Assembly (NCBI RefSeq): GCF_002113885.1
Contig: NW_018407219.1
Span: 184,302-248,301 of the forward strand
DNA length: 64,000 nt
Origin: Mizuhopecten yessoensis
Lineage: Eukaryota
Reading direction: 5' to 3'
Part shown: positions 38,601 to 53,226 of the stretch, piece by piece
Layout of the letters: each line of letters begins with the position of its first letter
Position numbering within the stretch: the first letter of the stretch is position 1
The notes under the pieces: generated by a model
Seen by the model: the letters and a program-made list of their open reading frames with translations, nothing else
Told to the model about the DNA's origin: nothing
The model's database searches: none
Made by a program: the position numbers and the translations under genes

Positions 38601-41600
38601 TAATATGCAGTTTGTTAACAGTATTACGACATTTACGAAAAAATAGCAAAGGTCAGAGACTTTGATCGAAATCCAATTGAAAGCTGAGCAGATTGACGAA
38701 TTTCAGCGTTACCTGGCTTCACTGATCGAGACTTTTTTCAGTGTTTGTATAGATGAACTTCCTATATTTGTCGTTTTACCTCCCAATAAGAGATGTATGA
38801 TGTGATCTGTTCGGTATTATATACATTAACACCTGCTATACGGACTTGTTGAGACGGTATGTACGGTAAGTTAGGTGAGGTGCCGAGGTGTTCCCACAAT
38901 GTTAAGTGGCTCTTGAAGCCGCTTGTCTAGTCATCCAAGGTTTATCTCTCGTTCTGTCTGTGTTAGACGGTTTCCGGCTCACGTCAATTCAAATTTTACC
39001 TTAACTAAAGAATTGACTCATTTCAAAAGAAAGGTCTTGAAATACGTATATCTTTTAAACGACAAGATATTTTTGATACGGTTTTCTACTTTTGAATTCC
39101 CTTTGTATTGTAATAAGATAAAATAAATTTTGAGATACGATCATGGTTTTAGAAAATATTTGATTAGGTCTGGGGTATAATGCCTAATGCAGTCGGAGTT
39201 CTTCATGAATCCTATATATACATGTATATACAAGATAAACTAATAGCGTTGAAACACATACGAGACAATATTTGTAAACAATTCTACCCACCAAACGCGC
39301 ATAAAAGTTCGGTCATCCGTCTATTCATATATATTCAGGAAAGTTACTTCTGGTCCGCCGAACAGACTTAAAAAAATGAAACTCCATAGATACGAATGTG
39401 TTTTATATAAGATACTGGGTCAACGCCAACTTCAGGATTTTAACCCCAAACGTGAAGGTCAAGGCAAAGGGTTAAATGACATAACCGCTTGTTCGGATCT
39501 AACTTTTGAACCACGGAACGTTAATTGATAGCACTTCTCAAGATATCGAGGTCACAACAAAAGGTCAAAGTTCAAATTCTTCATTATTTGTCCTGATCGT
39601 AACTACTAATTAACCGCTGACTATCACTAAATGAAATTTCTTTTTGTTTTCACAAATTTGTGTGTCGCTTTTCAGGCATATTTTTTACAAAGACCATAAT
39701 TGTCACAACAAGGGGTCAAATATTGAATCACGACACTCCTTGTCAGGGCCATAACCATGGTAAAGGTTTGTATACCAAAACCATTTGTTCCCTACCAGAC
39801 CGACGTCTGTACCACCGATATCATAGCTAGTGTTATAAAATTTCTCTACTGAAGTGGTGAAACGTAGTAGGTGTATAATGACATTTTGTCAAATACTATA
39901 CATACCATAAGGTCAAGGTCAAATATCAGATCACACCAATGCTGGCCTCAACTATAATTTTTGAGCATCTCAACATCACTTAAATGTTCTGATCAACAGA
40001 CCGTTCCGGAAATACAAAACAACAGCGGGGCACAGCTTTGTGAATTCCATTTCATTTTGTTCCATTTTATGCTAGTATCAGAGACTTGAACTTATAGCTC
40101 GTGTGACATGAGTGTTAAGGTTCGATTTAGGTTTAGAAATTGGCACTATAGTAACGCGTCGTAATGCAATCATTTTTAAAAGTATTAAAGTTAGGTGTTA
40201 TATAGTGATGTTAAAAACAGGAAAGAGACTTTGAAATACCGAGGGGTATGGAGGTTCTACTACATATGTTATATTTACTACAGTTAGCGTATGTTTGTGT
40301 AATTATTACGAAATGTTAACGGATGTACGACTGTCTCGGATCGGTAAAGCGACTGTCTCGAGTCGGGAGCGGGCCTTTGGTCAGCTGGTTCTATCTTGAC
40401 CACGAAGGCACGTTGATGGTCTGCGATAACACTTGTGATGAAAACATTGAGATAGACGGCTTATCCCTCCCCGCTGGCCTATGTGGAGCTGGGAGTCTCC
40501 TCGGCCTCTACACAGTTACAACACCCCGACATTTCTAAAGAGCCATCTTAATCTGTTGATATTAAGTTTGTTTATGGAGTATTTACCCTATCGGACTAGG
40601 GGACTCGCCGTACATAGAGAATCCACTACGGGCGGATTTGTTCGAATCTTGTATTTATCCTACATCATCCGTATGATGGCTTGTAGAGTTTAAATTAAAG
40701 ACCTAGCGGATTAAAGTCTTCACACGAGCGTACACGTGCTTCGGCTACGTAGTGACAATAGACAGTAGGAAGTATTAGTGTAATAGGAAGTTAAAACAAA
40801 TATCAGTATTCAAAAGTTATCTTCAACATCTCAATTCTATCTATTTTGAATCTTCAGATATTATCAGCGATTAAAATTACCAAGGTAAATTTTTAAAAGA
40901 AGCACACATTACATGTCTTTACAAAATCGCATTTTTAATGTTTTTTTTATTTTATTTTAGAAAATGCCATTTTTTTTTAAACATATTTCAACAAAATGAG
41001 TTTTCATTGTTGTTTAAAGAGCTTGGCAAATGCTAGTACAAATTAGTTTTAACGGTAACTAAATGTAAAGCTGTTTGAGTAGATATGACCATAACATTTT
41101 ATAAATCATATAAGTTATGGATTGTGCTAATAATCAGGACGCAGTGAACCTTTCTCTGTTAGTTACTATGTGTATTCTACAATTTGACACGGGTCTGAGG
41201 ATGACAATAGCCCTACGCCTGTAGACAATAATGGTTGAGGCCGCTCATTGTCCAGCCACGGGAATAAACTGACCAGTGCTGTCACTTTTATCTTATATTA
41301 AATTATGACATGTTTAAAGCGTGGCAACAAATCTTTTCTCGACAAAGGAGGTCGATAAATTGCCACAAACACTCTCAGATAATACAGATAGCGGTTAACA
41401 CCTGTGTACGTCATATTATCATGGGAAAGCAATCATATTTATACCAACACGATCCCTGGAAAATATAATGTTGCCGTCAATTTATTGTTCTATAAATAAT
41501 ATATTAACACATGCTTCTAGACAATTAGAAACTAAGGATTGGGTTTCATATTCGATTTTATTTTTTAAAGTTTTCATACAACCGGTGCATTTTCTTTAAA

Positions 41601-41714
41601 GAAACCAGAATTTTCATTGAATCTTAAAAAAGATCAATTTGTAAGAAGAGTCGAATTTGTTTAAAAAAATATGTAGAAGAGAAAATAAATGATCTCATTC
41701 TGAATCATTTGACA

Positions 41715-42485
41715 TCGTGACACCTGTATAACACCTGTCTAATACCGTTTTAAACATGTGTTATACCAGTGTGTACACGTGTTTTACATGTTTTATACCT
41801 GTGTGTACACGTGTTATACTTGTGCATACATGTGTTATACCTGTGTGTGCACGTGTTTTACTAGTGTATACATGAGTTATACCTGTGTGTACACGTGTTA
41901 TACCTGTGTGTACACGTGTTATACCTGTGTGTACACGTGTTTTACATGTGTTATACCTGTGGTACACGTGTTATACCTGTGTTTACACGTGTTATACTTG
42001 TGTGTACATGTGTTATACCTGTGTTACACGTGTTGTACTAGTGTATACATAAGTTATACCTATGTGTACACGTGTTATACCTGTGTTATACCTGTGTATA
42101 CATGTGTTATACCTGTGGTACATGTGTTATACCTGTGTTATACCTGTGGTACACGTGCTATACCTGTGTGTACACGTGTTATACATGTGTTATACCTGTG
42201 GTACACGTGTTATATATGTGTGTACATGTGTTATACTTGTGTGTACATGTGTTATACATGTGTGTAAACGTGTTATACTTGTGTATACATGTGTTATACA
42301 TGTGTGTACACGTGTTATACCTGTGTATACATGTGTGGTACCTGTGTATACATGTGTTATGTCTGTATGTACACGTGTTACATATGTGCTATACCTGTGT
42401 AAATATGTGTTATACCTGTGTGTACACGTGTTTTACATGTGTATACATATATATACCTGTACTATACTTGTATAACACTTGTGTC
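41715..42485. repeat. Degenerate 11/21-bp tandem repeat (GTGTTATACCTGTGTGTACAC)
   Basis: Direct periodicity, rich in short palindromes (ACACGTGT, TACATGTA). Confidence 0.9.
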
Positions 42486-43524
42486 ATACATTGTTTATTT
42501 AGTACAAAATACGAAGTTCACAGAAAGCAAATAATGCGTTCTTGTCACATCATAAGCATTAATGCAAGTTTAATCATTGTCTATATACGGTTTCACATTG
42601 TATGGTTATATTTTAGAAAAATAAATATTTTTTACGGAACTTTATCTCAATCATCTTTTTGGGAAATCTTTGCAAACACCAACACCCTTCTGCTGACTAA
42701 AAGAATAAATAAAAGTGTTGAGTTTCTATCCAAATGCGTCCTTTTCCCCGACCAATGGTAGTGGTTACCTCTGACATTTGCAATTCCAACTACAATTGAA
42801 TGCACTTAACAAAGATATTATGAACTTACAAAATATGATTTTGTATAACTATAGCTCTCTATTTTTTTTAAATGAATATCAAATATTTTTTTTTAATAAA
42901 ATAGAAAACTCAGATCACCTGAAGTACTAGATAGAGTTTTACGGATGGCTGTCACTCGTCACTATTGAACATATCGATAGCTGTAAATAATGGTTAACAT
43001 ATATGAGATGAACAGCAACTGTGAAAGCTAGTCTCCAGAAGTGGTAGCTATAACAGCTTTTGGGCGGGTTTTTTCCTGAATGTATGTTTTTTACAAACAT
43101 GTTGATAGCAAATAAAATATGATTGATACATTTAGCAAAACACTTACATATGATTTACTAAAATAATTTTACTTACAAAGTGGTGTGCTGATTTCATGAA
43201 CGGACAAATTCATTACAAAATCGCTTCGGGTTTTGAAGTAGTGTAAGAAAGACAGCATGTTTACTTTCTCTATATTTCGTTCAACACTATTTACACGGTA
43301 CATATCATAAGGCAGTAGACTACGATGATGTCTAAGCCGTTTATATAAAACGGTTACGTAGCGCTAGTCAAGGACATAATAGGGTGGTACACTCCAGAAT
43401 TAAAGGGAAATTTATTAATGTTTTAAGGACGGTTACGATTAAATATTATTAACTTTAAAATTCTAAAAACGTAGAACTGATAAAAATTATGGCAGGTTCC
43501 GGGAAAAGTAACATCGTCGTATGG

Positions 43525-44103
43525 GTCCTAGATAGTACCGATTGTTGTAACTGGTTCCTAGATAGTACCATTGTTGTAACTGGTTCCTAGATAGTACCAT
43601 TGTTGTAACTGGTTCCTAGATAGTACCATTGTTGTAACTGGTTCCTAGATAGTACCATTGTTGTAACTGGTTCCTAGATAGTACCATTGTTGTAACTGGT
43701 TCCTAGATAGTACCATTGTTGTAACTGGTTCCTAGATAGTACCATTGTTGTAACTGGTTCCTAGATAGTACCATTGTTGTAACTGGTTCCTAGATAGTAC
43801 CATTGTTGTAACTGGTTCCTAGATAGTACCATTGTTGTAACTGGTTCCTAGATAGTACCATTGTTGTAACTGGTTCCTAGATAGTACCATTGTTGTAACT
43901 GGTTCCTAGATAGTACCATTGTTGTAACTGGTTCCTAGATAGTACCATTGTTGTAACTGGTTCCTAGATAGTACCATTGTTGTAACTGGTTCCTAGATAG
44001 TACCATTGTTGTAACTGGTTCCTAGATAGTACCATTGTTGTAACTGGTTCCTAGATAGTACCATTGTTGTAACTGGTTCCTAGATTGTACCATTGTTGTA
44101 ACT
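43525..44103. repeat. 29-bp minisatellite (GGTTCCTAGATAGTACCATTGTTGTAACT), about 20 near-perfect copies
   Basis: Direct periodicity. Confidence 0.97.
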
Positions 44104-45374
44104 CACAGTAAGGCAGTTTTTTGTTTCATGTTGTACAAAATGTTTAAGTTTCTTCTCTTCCTCCCGTCAATGTTAATATAGAAATAAAGTAATGACTCGT
44201 CCATAAGGTCCGCGTCAAAAATTAATGACGGCGATCTGTTAGACAATAACTTACTTGTGCTAATTATTAATTAGATTGTTGTTGATTAATGATAACCTAT
44301 TTTGATACTGTTTCACACGGTGTAATATGTTCCAGTAATTATGTCACCTCGATGAGTTAATGATGTACGGTTTAGAGTTCATTAGTAACGGAAGCTAGTC
44401 GCTCTAGTAGGTGAAAAGATGCCCTGGTGAAATAGCCACACCTTCGGACAAAACGGGACATGTTAGGGGTGTTGGACTACATAACGTATTTCCGACCCGC
44501 TAAGGACACACGGACAATGGTCAACGTACACCCGGGGGCAGAACAACTACTTTAACAAAGAGATGACCACTTCGGACAATAGGGGGACAAAACACGTTCG
44601 GCCGATAATCATTTAAATGGTAGTTTCCTTTTAAAGTCGGGTATTATCTTAACAATAGGCCCAATTTACTTACATTGATAATTACAACCCGTTAACGTAT
44701 TAACAAATCAGTCTATTATCCACGCATGACTAGCGTTTTGATTTCATTGGTAGTTTGACCATGCGGACACAAAAGTGTATATATACCGGAACTAATCTAC
44801 TTTGGTCAGAAACAATCTGAGCTTTGTAGAACTTACAATATCATTAGACTGGAGTCCGCTCAATGATAAGACATTGTGTTTAGTGCTATCTTACTATTAC
44901 AGTCGGGTAAGGTTATAGATCGCTATACCCCAGTACCTGTCATCGGCCACCTGGTGAAGGATCGACCCAATTAATTCGGACATACCTGGCCGGTAATTAG
45001 GTGCAAAGTGTCTTATATTGGATTCTAAATTACCAGAAAATTGCACCACATTTCGTGAGCATTCAAGTGACAAAAGTTGTTGCTTTATTTATTTTTGTGT
45101 GAAAAGGATCGTGTGTTATTATCTACCTGGGTTCTCCATAGGAGGGTCCTAACGTTGGTGCTGTCCGAAGTCATAATAAGGCGCAGGTGTAACAAACATT
45201 TTACCTGGCCGTCGACACGTGTGGACGCGGGTCAATAAATCATCGTAGTTTTATTTCCCGGTCAAGTGCAGATAGATGATTTTCACTTTCTCGTGGATTA
45301 TAAACAGTGAAACAGAAAAGTCAATTTGGTGTGGTTTACAGTGATTTTACTACTGTTGTTCAACATTCGTCATT

Positions 45375-48300
45375 ATGCTGGAAGTAGACAGTTACCGCCG
45401 AACACTCCATTCAACAGGTAAGAATAGAACAATAAAAAATCAGATTTTAAAAACCGGAAATTAAGACATTGGATTTAATCATATTGAACACTGGTAAACT
45501 TAACTTAAGTTGAAAGTCTGTTTCTTTTTCTTCTTTGCGATATGCATTTACTATATACATTTACTATATACATTTACTATACATTTACTATATACATTTA
45601 CTATATACAGTTTTTTAAAAAGTTTCATTCAACTTTACTATATTCTTATGACGACTAATTTACACGAGGTTTCGCTAGTTGCAGATAGAATTTTAATAGA
45701 CACATTAGAAATTATTGGAAAATTTTGGACATTCTCTTTATCAAAAATAGTTTGAAATGTAACTGTCAATGGCAATCTATTCATTTTTGATTTCCCCCCA
45801 AACAAAGTCGAAAAAAACACAAATATGAAATAACAATCACAAAAAAATAGAATCCAACAGCATATGCTTAGTGTGAATGATTCTTTATTCTCGTATCCCG
45901 ATGAAACCCAACATTTAAATTCCAAAATATAAGTCATGTGTTGCAATGCTGATGAGATGTGTTATAATTATACTTTTCTATTTCCAAATTAATGATGTAA
46001 GGTGACAAACATGTTCACGCTAACACAAGTTTTCACTAGTTTTAAAAAGTACTTATACTCCATATTATAGAGCTTATTGAAGTATAAATATTCAAAATTC
46101 TTATTTGAAATATTCGCTGATTTCCCAGCGGTACAGCGTAATAGGAATGGTATGTGGACCGCAGTGTTTACTCTGTCTCGCGGTCTCCTGACTCAAGGAG
46201 TTTCCCATGTACCCAACTCGATAGATCACGTTTTACCAGATACAGATTAAAACTAGAAGTGAATTAATGTTATCTGACTGTGGACTGGTGAAGTGACTTG
46301 TCCTACGATCCTTTGCTATCATCTCGTCCGTCTGTACCGTCAATCACGGGGCCGACAGACGCTACCCCGGGTAGACAACCCAGACTTATCCACGACGTGT
46401 ATTTATCTAAGAAATATAAATTATTATTTGACTGGTCTAGATTTCAATCATATGATGTGTTTAAATGTAAGAATACATTGACGAGTTTTACTTCACTCAT
46501 ACGACTTGACCGGAATTCCTATGGAGAGTGTTCCATGTAAGAGTTACCCTAAATCAACGCTAATTTCTGATAATGGTATAATTTTTAAATTAATCTATGA
46601 TATTAACGGTTTCTTAATTAGATATTTGTTATCACCATTTTATTTCATTTCTAGGGTATGACCCGCGGATTCCCATGCCAGAGATGCCAGACTTTGGGGG
46701 CCTACACGAGCCCTTTGCTTACCACGCCCTCTCCGCCGTCAACAAACCAGAGAAACAAAACTCCCTGATCCACTGGTCCCCTCCCCCCGCGACTACCGTC
46801 TCTCCCACCCCAGCGACTGGCGCCAAGTCGGACGAAGAAGATGATGAAGACGACGATGGTAGGTTTTTATTTTCAATTTTAAATGTGATTATACCTAATT
46901 GAAAAAAGTTATTCCAGTCGAATTTAAGGTGTTGTTAATACAATTTGCTTTAATATTCAAAAATAGTGAATATTATTAACAGTTTAGTTAAGGTCATATG
47001 CTACCATACATGTACACGGAGTTCGAGTTATCTCCCTTAAATATATTGCAAGTATTATCAAACAATATCCTCGTGCTATCAATACCTGCATTTTAAATGT
47101 GTCGTCCCTCAATCAACTGTCTCTAATTAGTCTTTTATGGGAGATAAAAAAAAAACAAAGGAAAGGACATGTGTATACCAGAAACTATATGCCTGTTGTA
47201 TAATACTTATATAGTGTGACAAATGCTATATATACACCTGTTCTATACTATCAGTTGACCAGATTTTGTACTAGACATTGTGTGTAAATAGAACACGTAA
47301 CCCTATTGTGACTCTATAAATTAGAAGTATAGAGTGACAGTGATACGTGAATAGGTATTACTTGTCACTTCACAATCTTCAGTAGCTCCACGACTGATCA
47401 TGTAAGGCAGTGTTGTGTCATTGTGACCCCACAAGGAGATGATAAAAAGGAGACTAATCACAGTCTACACATACACAGCGTGTCGTCTAAAGCCTTATGA
47501 TTTCTGCCATATACTAGGTGCTAAATGTACGCGACGCTATAGCTTTGTCTACTTCAGGCCAGGAACATGATCCCACCATTTAATGATATGGTCAGATTTA
47601 ATTGTACAATTGTAAAAGTTACAAAATATCCTTCATGATACAATAATAACAATGATGCTAGCAAGTGGACATCTTAGAAGCTTACGGGATACACAAAACA
47701 AGCATCGTTGCCATATATATTGTACAATTCAGTTAACGTTCGAAACGGGTTACATCCTGTTGTTTTTAGTTCAAATTCGTCGTTGTTTACTTATTTGGTG
47801 ACCGATGGCCGATCATGAAACTAATTTGACATCCGGTTTTACGAGTCGTTTTACGCGCTCGCACGTACAGTGTTGCTGCGATACGGGCCTGGGGGTGACC
47901 ATTCCCGCATAAATTGTGGCTATAAGATAATTATATTTACATCGTTATCATCATTGTCGTAAAAACCGAGGTAAAATGGAAGGAAGGGGCCAACCAGGGT
48001 GGATATGGACGCTGTGTCTGTTATCGCCTCACGCTAAACACACAACTCCGCCCGCTCAGCCGGTCAGTGGGGTCGGGGACATGTGTGGTCAACAAATTCA
48101 ACATAAAAACAGGTTACCCACATCCCAGCCAAATTTTACTTCTTTTCAATTTTAGTTCAACTACGTTCTAAAATAAGTCCTTATATAAGATTTAATATTC
48201 GTTTAAATAAATTAAACAAGAAAAAACCCACAGGAAGGATGAATAAGCTTAGGTTTGAGATTATATATGATTGATTTGATTTACAGATTGCCGTCCGTTC

Positions 48301-49974
48301 ACCCCACCCCCTCCCAGGGAACGTCTCAGCTACACTCGCTACCAGCTGGAGATGCTGAACAGTATCTACATCCGGGTCCGCTATCCTAACAGCACACAGA
48401 AACTGCTGATTGCGAAACGAGTCGGCATCACAAGGGAGCAGGTCAAGGTAATTATCGCTAATACTGACCCTACCGTAAATGGCATCAGTCACCAATTTAA
48501 GGCATATACATTATAAGCCACAGTTTTGGTTAACAAATGTTCCATATTCGCATAAAATTTGAGCCGCTAGAATTTGTTTTGTGTCTTAAAAGAAAATCAT
48601 CGGTTATAATTCTTTTGCATTTCTACCGATATCATATTTATTGAGGGTGATTTGCATCATATCACACTATTGTTGTAGATGTACCTTGCATGAAGAAAGT
48701 TTACAATGTTCTTTATTATTTATATCCAACAATACGCACTTACTGGGCTACGTGTTAGTATATAGCGCAAATCTGGTATAAGGGGAAAGTCTCTTTCCAA
48801 TTGTTTATTTTATTTTAAAGTGATAAAAATGTTTAAACTACGGTAACCTAATCAACGAAAGAAATTTAAAAAGACAGTTAAGACAGTATTTCAACATTCT
48901 TCCTGTTTAAATTTACAGATCTGGTTCCAAAATAGGAGAAGGAAGGACGTAATCGGCAAGAAGAAAGATGGATCAGAGTCTGACTGTAGTAAAAGCGATC
49001 ACAGCGACACCAGAAGTGACCACGGTGACAACAGGAGTGATCACGGCGATAGTAAGGGCGACAACTGTGACAGTGACTCGGGTGTGAGCGAGGAGAACGG
49101 GGGACTCATGGTACCGGAAGTGGTTATGAAAAGTGTTATTGCTGAGTTACACAAGTTCGAAAAGGAACCAATTAAATCGAAGAAATTGAAAAAGAAAATG
49201 AAAGCATCTAGAAAGAAAGCGAAGAAAGCTGTCACTACACAACAGTTTCAGAGCATGTTGTTGGGTAGCGGGTACGACATGATCTCACCGCCAAACCAAG
49301 TGATAGCGCCGGCTCCTCCCAAGGTGTCGAGAGCAACAAAGTTCAACCATTCTAAGGACATGTCTGCGTTTGACGCTCCGAAGGAAGGGATGCGACCCGT
49401 AAGTTATATGGACGGCTACGGAAATTCGCTAGCCGGTTCGCTGATGTCGTCTGTACCAATGCGGGATCTGCCCGCGGGACACTCCAGTGTGAACGCTTCC
49501 CTAGGCTGTGACATGCCCGTGCTGTCCGACTTGTTAAACTACACTAAGACGTCTAGCGCGGACACACCCACTTCACGTACACACGAACATTTGCAACGAG
49601 TTAGTGAATCGTCTATGATGCATCACCACCAAAATCAAACATCCCCGACAAGTGGGTTTTACCCGAGTGTAAGGACTGTCCACGTTGATAGTCTTGGCCA
49701 ACCGTCCATGCCCATGTCGTCCGCAGTGCTTAGTCGCGTATATCCGTACCCGTTTATTGCCGAGCACCCCATGGTGCTCTCAACATTACGTCATAACATG
49801 GAGCCGTTTCGACCCCAGCCTCAGTACCCGGGCGGACATCATTACAATGAAGACTACTCTCCGTTCCAGCCATACAACATTACGTCACTAGCCAATCCTT
49901 ATTACTCACAAACATCACCCTGGTCACAACATAACTCAAGTGCCGAAAGCAACGGACCTTTCCAGCAGTTATGA
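45375..49974 (+). CDS. Divergent PRD-class-like (Q50) homeobox transcription factor 1, about 487 aa. Exons 45375-45417, 46655-46858, 48287-48447, 48919-49974
   Basis: Splice phases join in frame (1464 nt). Homeodomain PPRERLSYTRYQLEMLNSIYIRVRYPNSTQKLLIAKRVGITREQVK|IWFQNRRRKDVIG has R5, L16, Y25-P26 and WFQNRR, with a phase-0 intron between codons 46/47. Long S/P/H-rich C-terminus; AATAAA at 50491. Confidence 0.9.
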
Positions 49975-50490
49975 TGCTGACGGATCACTATATACGAACG
50001 ATTACGTCAACTTAATAGCTGTGCTCATAATCGAACAGACATCACTCATAATGCTGAGGGGGTTACTGGCGAGCGAAAGTCACACACTTTTCTGCTTGTG
50101 ACATTATACACGGTGGTCGACAGGCTAAAATTGTAGACAAACTCTCATCTAACCCACGAAACAGTAATCTTCTGGAACTATATAATTTGTGTGCCGGTAC
50201 TGTATTAATTTAGCCGTACTCAACTGTGTCATCTTGAGAGTTTTAATGTAATAGCTAGAACTGGTACTACCCTGGCGTGTGTGGACGGGAACTGTATGTG
50301 AGGACCCCCGCGTCTGACTGAACGTAGGCTTGGTGTAATTTGAGTGTGTGCGTATCATTGTTCCTTTAATGGAATATGAAATCCGAGTAGTTGCCTTCCG
50401 GTATAATCGGAAATGGACAAATACAACTCGACAGAACAATCTCAGGTGCTATCTGTTATTCTTGTTAATGTTTACTCCATGTTTGTTTTA

Positions 50491-50496
50491 AATAAA
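50491..50496 (+). terminator. Candidate polyadenylation signal of homeobox gene 1
   Basis: AATAAA about 520 nt after the stop codon. Confidence 0.45.
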
Positions 50497-51406
50497 ATTA
50501 TATATTAATGTATGAACTAGCAATGTGTAACGGTTATTTTTCCGTCTGCGCCTTTCAGGTTAAACGACTTGTGATGTTTCCAAATCTGCCATCTGCAGGG
50601 GCATGAATAGTACTCGTGTAACCATGATATCTCGTTAAGCGAGAATTGATAACGAAAAGCAAATATCAGCGAATGCAGCCTACAACATTAGTACCGAGAT
50701 ATATCGAGGTGAAATCCATGGCTGTCAATGTCAATAAAGAACTGCAGTTCGTGTCAAAGTTTGATGAGAATGCGGTTGGGGGATAACACCCTTGCTGTAA
50801 TGAATAGAATAATTACACGATTTCTTTGAATAGCTAAGATGACATACAACATAAAAACGTAGAACGTGACTCTGTTCGATGAATTTGACATCGGGGATCA
50901 TATATATGTAGGTCACACAAGTCACATAAATATGGTCAACAGATATCTTATAAAGTGTTGTTGAGATACATGTTTAAAGATGTGTCTCATACACTCCGAT
51001 ATATCATTTTGTTTAAGTCCATAAGATTTCTCCCGAAGTATTATGAGATATGCGATTGGTTTATAAAATAATCAAACGAGGCCCATCATATCATAGTCTA
51101 TTCTGCTGAACGCGTAACTCGTCAGAATCATTGACAAAGTAAGTGATAAACATGAGGAGTAGGGAGAATTATAAGTCGTTAAAGGATTTAGCCCATCAAC
51201 CGTCCAAATTCTGCAAAATAATATTTTCAATAACTGTACTATACAAAATATGTCTGACATTCTTGGACAGTGGAAATATTGATCAATTTTCTTTTAATAG
51301 ACTTCTTTTATACATTGTCTCAGTTTCCGCCTTCTTTTTCGCATGTTTGCATATGCATGAGCTTTGGTCATGGGGTCATTAATTGTATCTGGTTCTTACA
51401 AGAACC

Positions 51407-51799
51407 ACAGGAACCCGAACATTTGTTACAACTATATTTGAACCTAAATCAAGGTGTTCAGGATAATTTTACATAATTTAATTTTGCCTATCTCCCCCAT
51501 AATATTTTTTTGGTAAATATCGTATATACCTAAAAAGAAAAACATCTCATGACGGAACTACTTTTTGCAAAGTGCACAATTTGTTTTCGGTATATACCGT
51601 ATATACCAAAACAAAATCTTGGTCATTCCTTAAACGTTTTAGGAGTCTAGATCGACTTTCGGTAAAAACGACACCTCAATGATCATATATACGAGTCATT
51701 TTTACCAAAAGTGGATCTAGACCCATAAATCATGTGAAATTTCTCTGAACACCTTAGTTTAGGTCCAAATATAGCTGAAACAAATTCTCAGGTCCCTGT
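51407..51799. mobile_element. MITE-like element with about 75-bp degenerate TIRs and internal hairpins
   Basis: 51407-51480 is an imperfect reverse complement of 51726-51799 (..CTATATTTG[A/G]ACCTAAA..AAGGTGTTCAG..). Confidence 0.65.
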
Positions 51800-52949
51800 C
51801 ACCAGAACCTCTACTTGGTAGTTAAGCGTCGATGTCAGTCACCCACAGACGAGAGGCTTCGCGAAGAAAGGCAGTGGTGGCGGGAAAACAGCAAACATTC
51901 AGCATGTCATTAAACAAACCTTGTGTTTTTACTTAGATGTACACATATTCCTTTGATATTAGTTTTCAAAAATAGGGCAAATCACTTTTACCTGTAATTT
52001 AATGAGGTTTAGCATTTATTAGTTAACATGCATATACAGCATATTGAATTATTCAGTAAGATTCAACATGTGTCAGCAGATTTATTCTATAACATACCAA
52101 CAACACTAATTTAAACAAACATTAATTAACACCAACAATTAAGAGTACAATGCTAGAAGCATTCCTCCCGACTATAACGTAAACCTTCTTCTGTACGGAA
52201 ATCCTGATTTGTCAGTTAAATGCAATGAAAATGTCTTCAACTGTGTTCAATATTGCATCAACCAGTCAAAACGATTTTAAGTTTGAAAATCTAAATTTTG
52301 ATTTTACCTATGTTTACACGCAGTACATAGTAATACTTTACTGGTACGGCCCCTGTATGTCACGACACGTCAGTATGGAAATACATTATAATTATACAAA
52401 TTGTCATAGTCTTGTTTGACGTTACTTTTAATATTTAAAATTACAGCTGGTTTGTTGTACACCACTGGATGTCGGAATAATCAGGGGTCGGCATGGGAAG
52501 TTTTCATGATATGCAATTAATTCATTATGCGTTGAAGACCTCATTGACATGTACAGTCATGGATATGTGTCCATTTACAAAATATATACTTAAGCCAGTT
52601 TCTCTCCCATAATGCAGTCTATTTACTCCGCTATATACCTTACACCAACAACCTGTTCTTTAAACCCTTTTGCACCTCTTTCCCTTCTTCCTCCCCTATC
52701 CTCTTCTCTTCCTATAATAATATACAACCTATTTTATCTATATATATATATCAGTCCACTACACATCCCTGTATATATATACTATATCTTATTATCTATA
52801 TTTATATGTATAATATAAGTCAGAGCCGTCCAATCGCCGTTTCACAAAAAAAGGAGACGGATTAACATAAGTACTTGTTTTCGAATCCTATATGTAAATC
52901 TGGAATATTATACCAATAATAAAATAAAGTTTAAACTAACATTAATTTA

Positions 52950-53226
52950 AACATACGCGGGCACGTAATCCAATCGACCGGAAAACGAAGTTACGCAAAT
53001 AATGCGCATGGGCAAGCAGTGCTCGTGCTGAGGCGGTTGCCGAAGAAAGAGCTTCAAGAGGGGTTGAATTGGGCGATCCAATAGCGAGGTGAAGTGTTAC
53101 CGAGATCTTGACTGTCGTCTGCGCTTGTACAAACTGCACAGGCATATTTGAATGAAGTGGGTCGAACGGCTCAAACTTTTTGAAAACCAGAAATGACAAC
53201 GGGAGCTAAACAATTCAGAAATCAAA
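52950..53226 (+). promoter_or_regulatory. Candidate promoter / 5' UTR of homeobox gene 2
   Basis: Locally CpG-rich relative to its flanks, CCAAT at about 52970 and 53078, GCGCATG motif at about 53004, immediately upstream of ATG 53227 and a GTAAGT donor. Confidence 0.4.

Noticed and set aside
44101-44129. Minus-strand ATG..GTGAGT next to the 29-bp array as a fourth donor-derived repeat
   Set aside because: The donor is not part of the repeated unit, so it does not fit the pattern.
48287-48960. Assigning a gene symbol (Otx or a named spiralian-specific family) to either homeobox gene
   Set aside because: Otx requires K50 and these have Q50; family assignment needs a phylogeny I cannot run.
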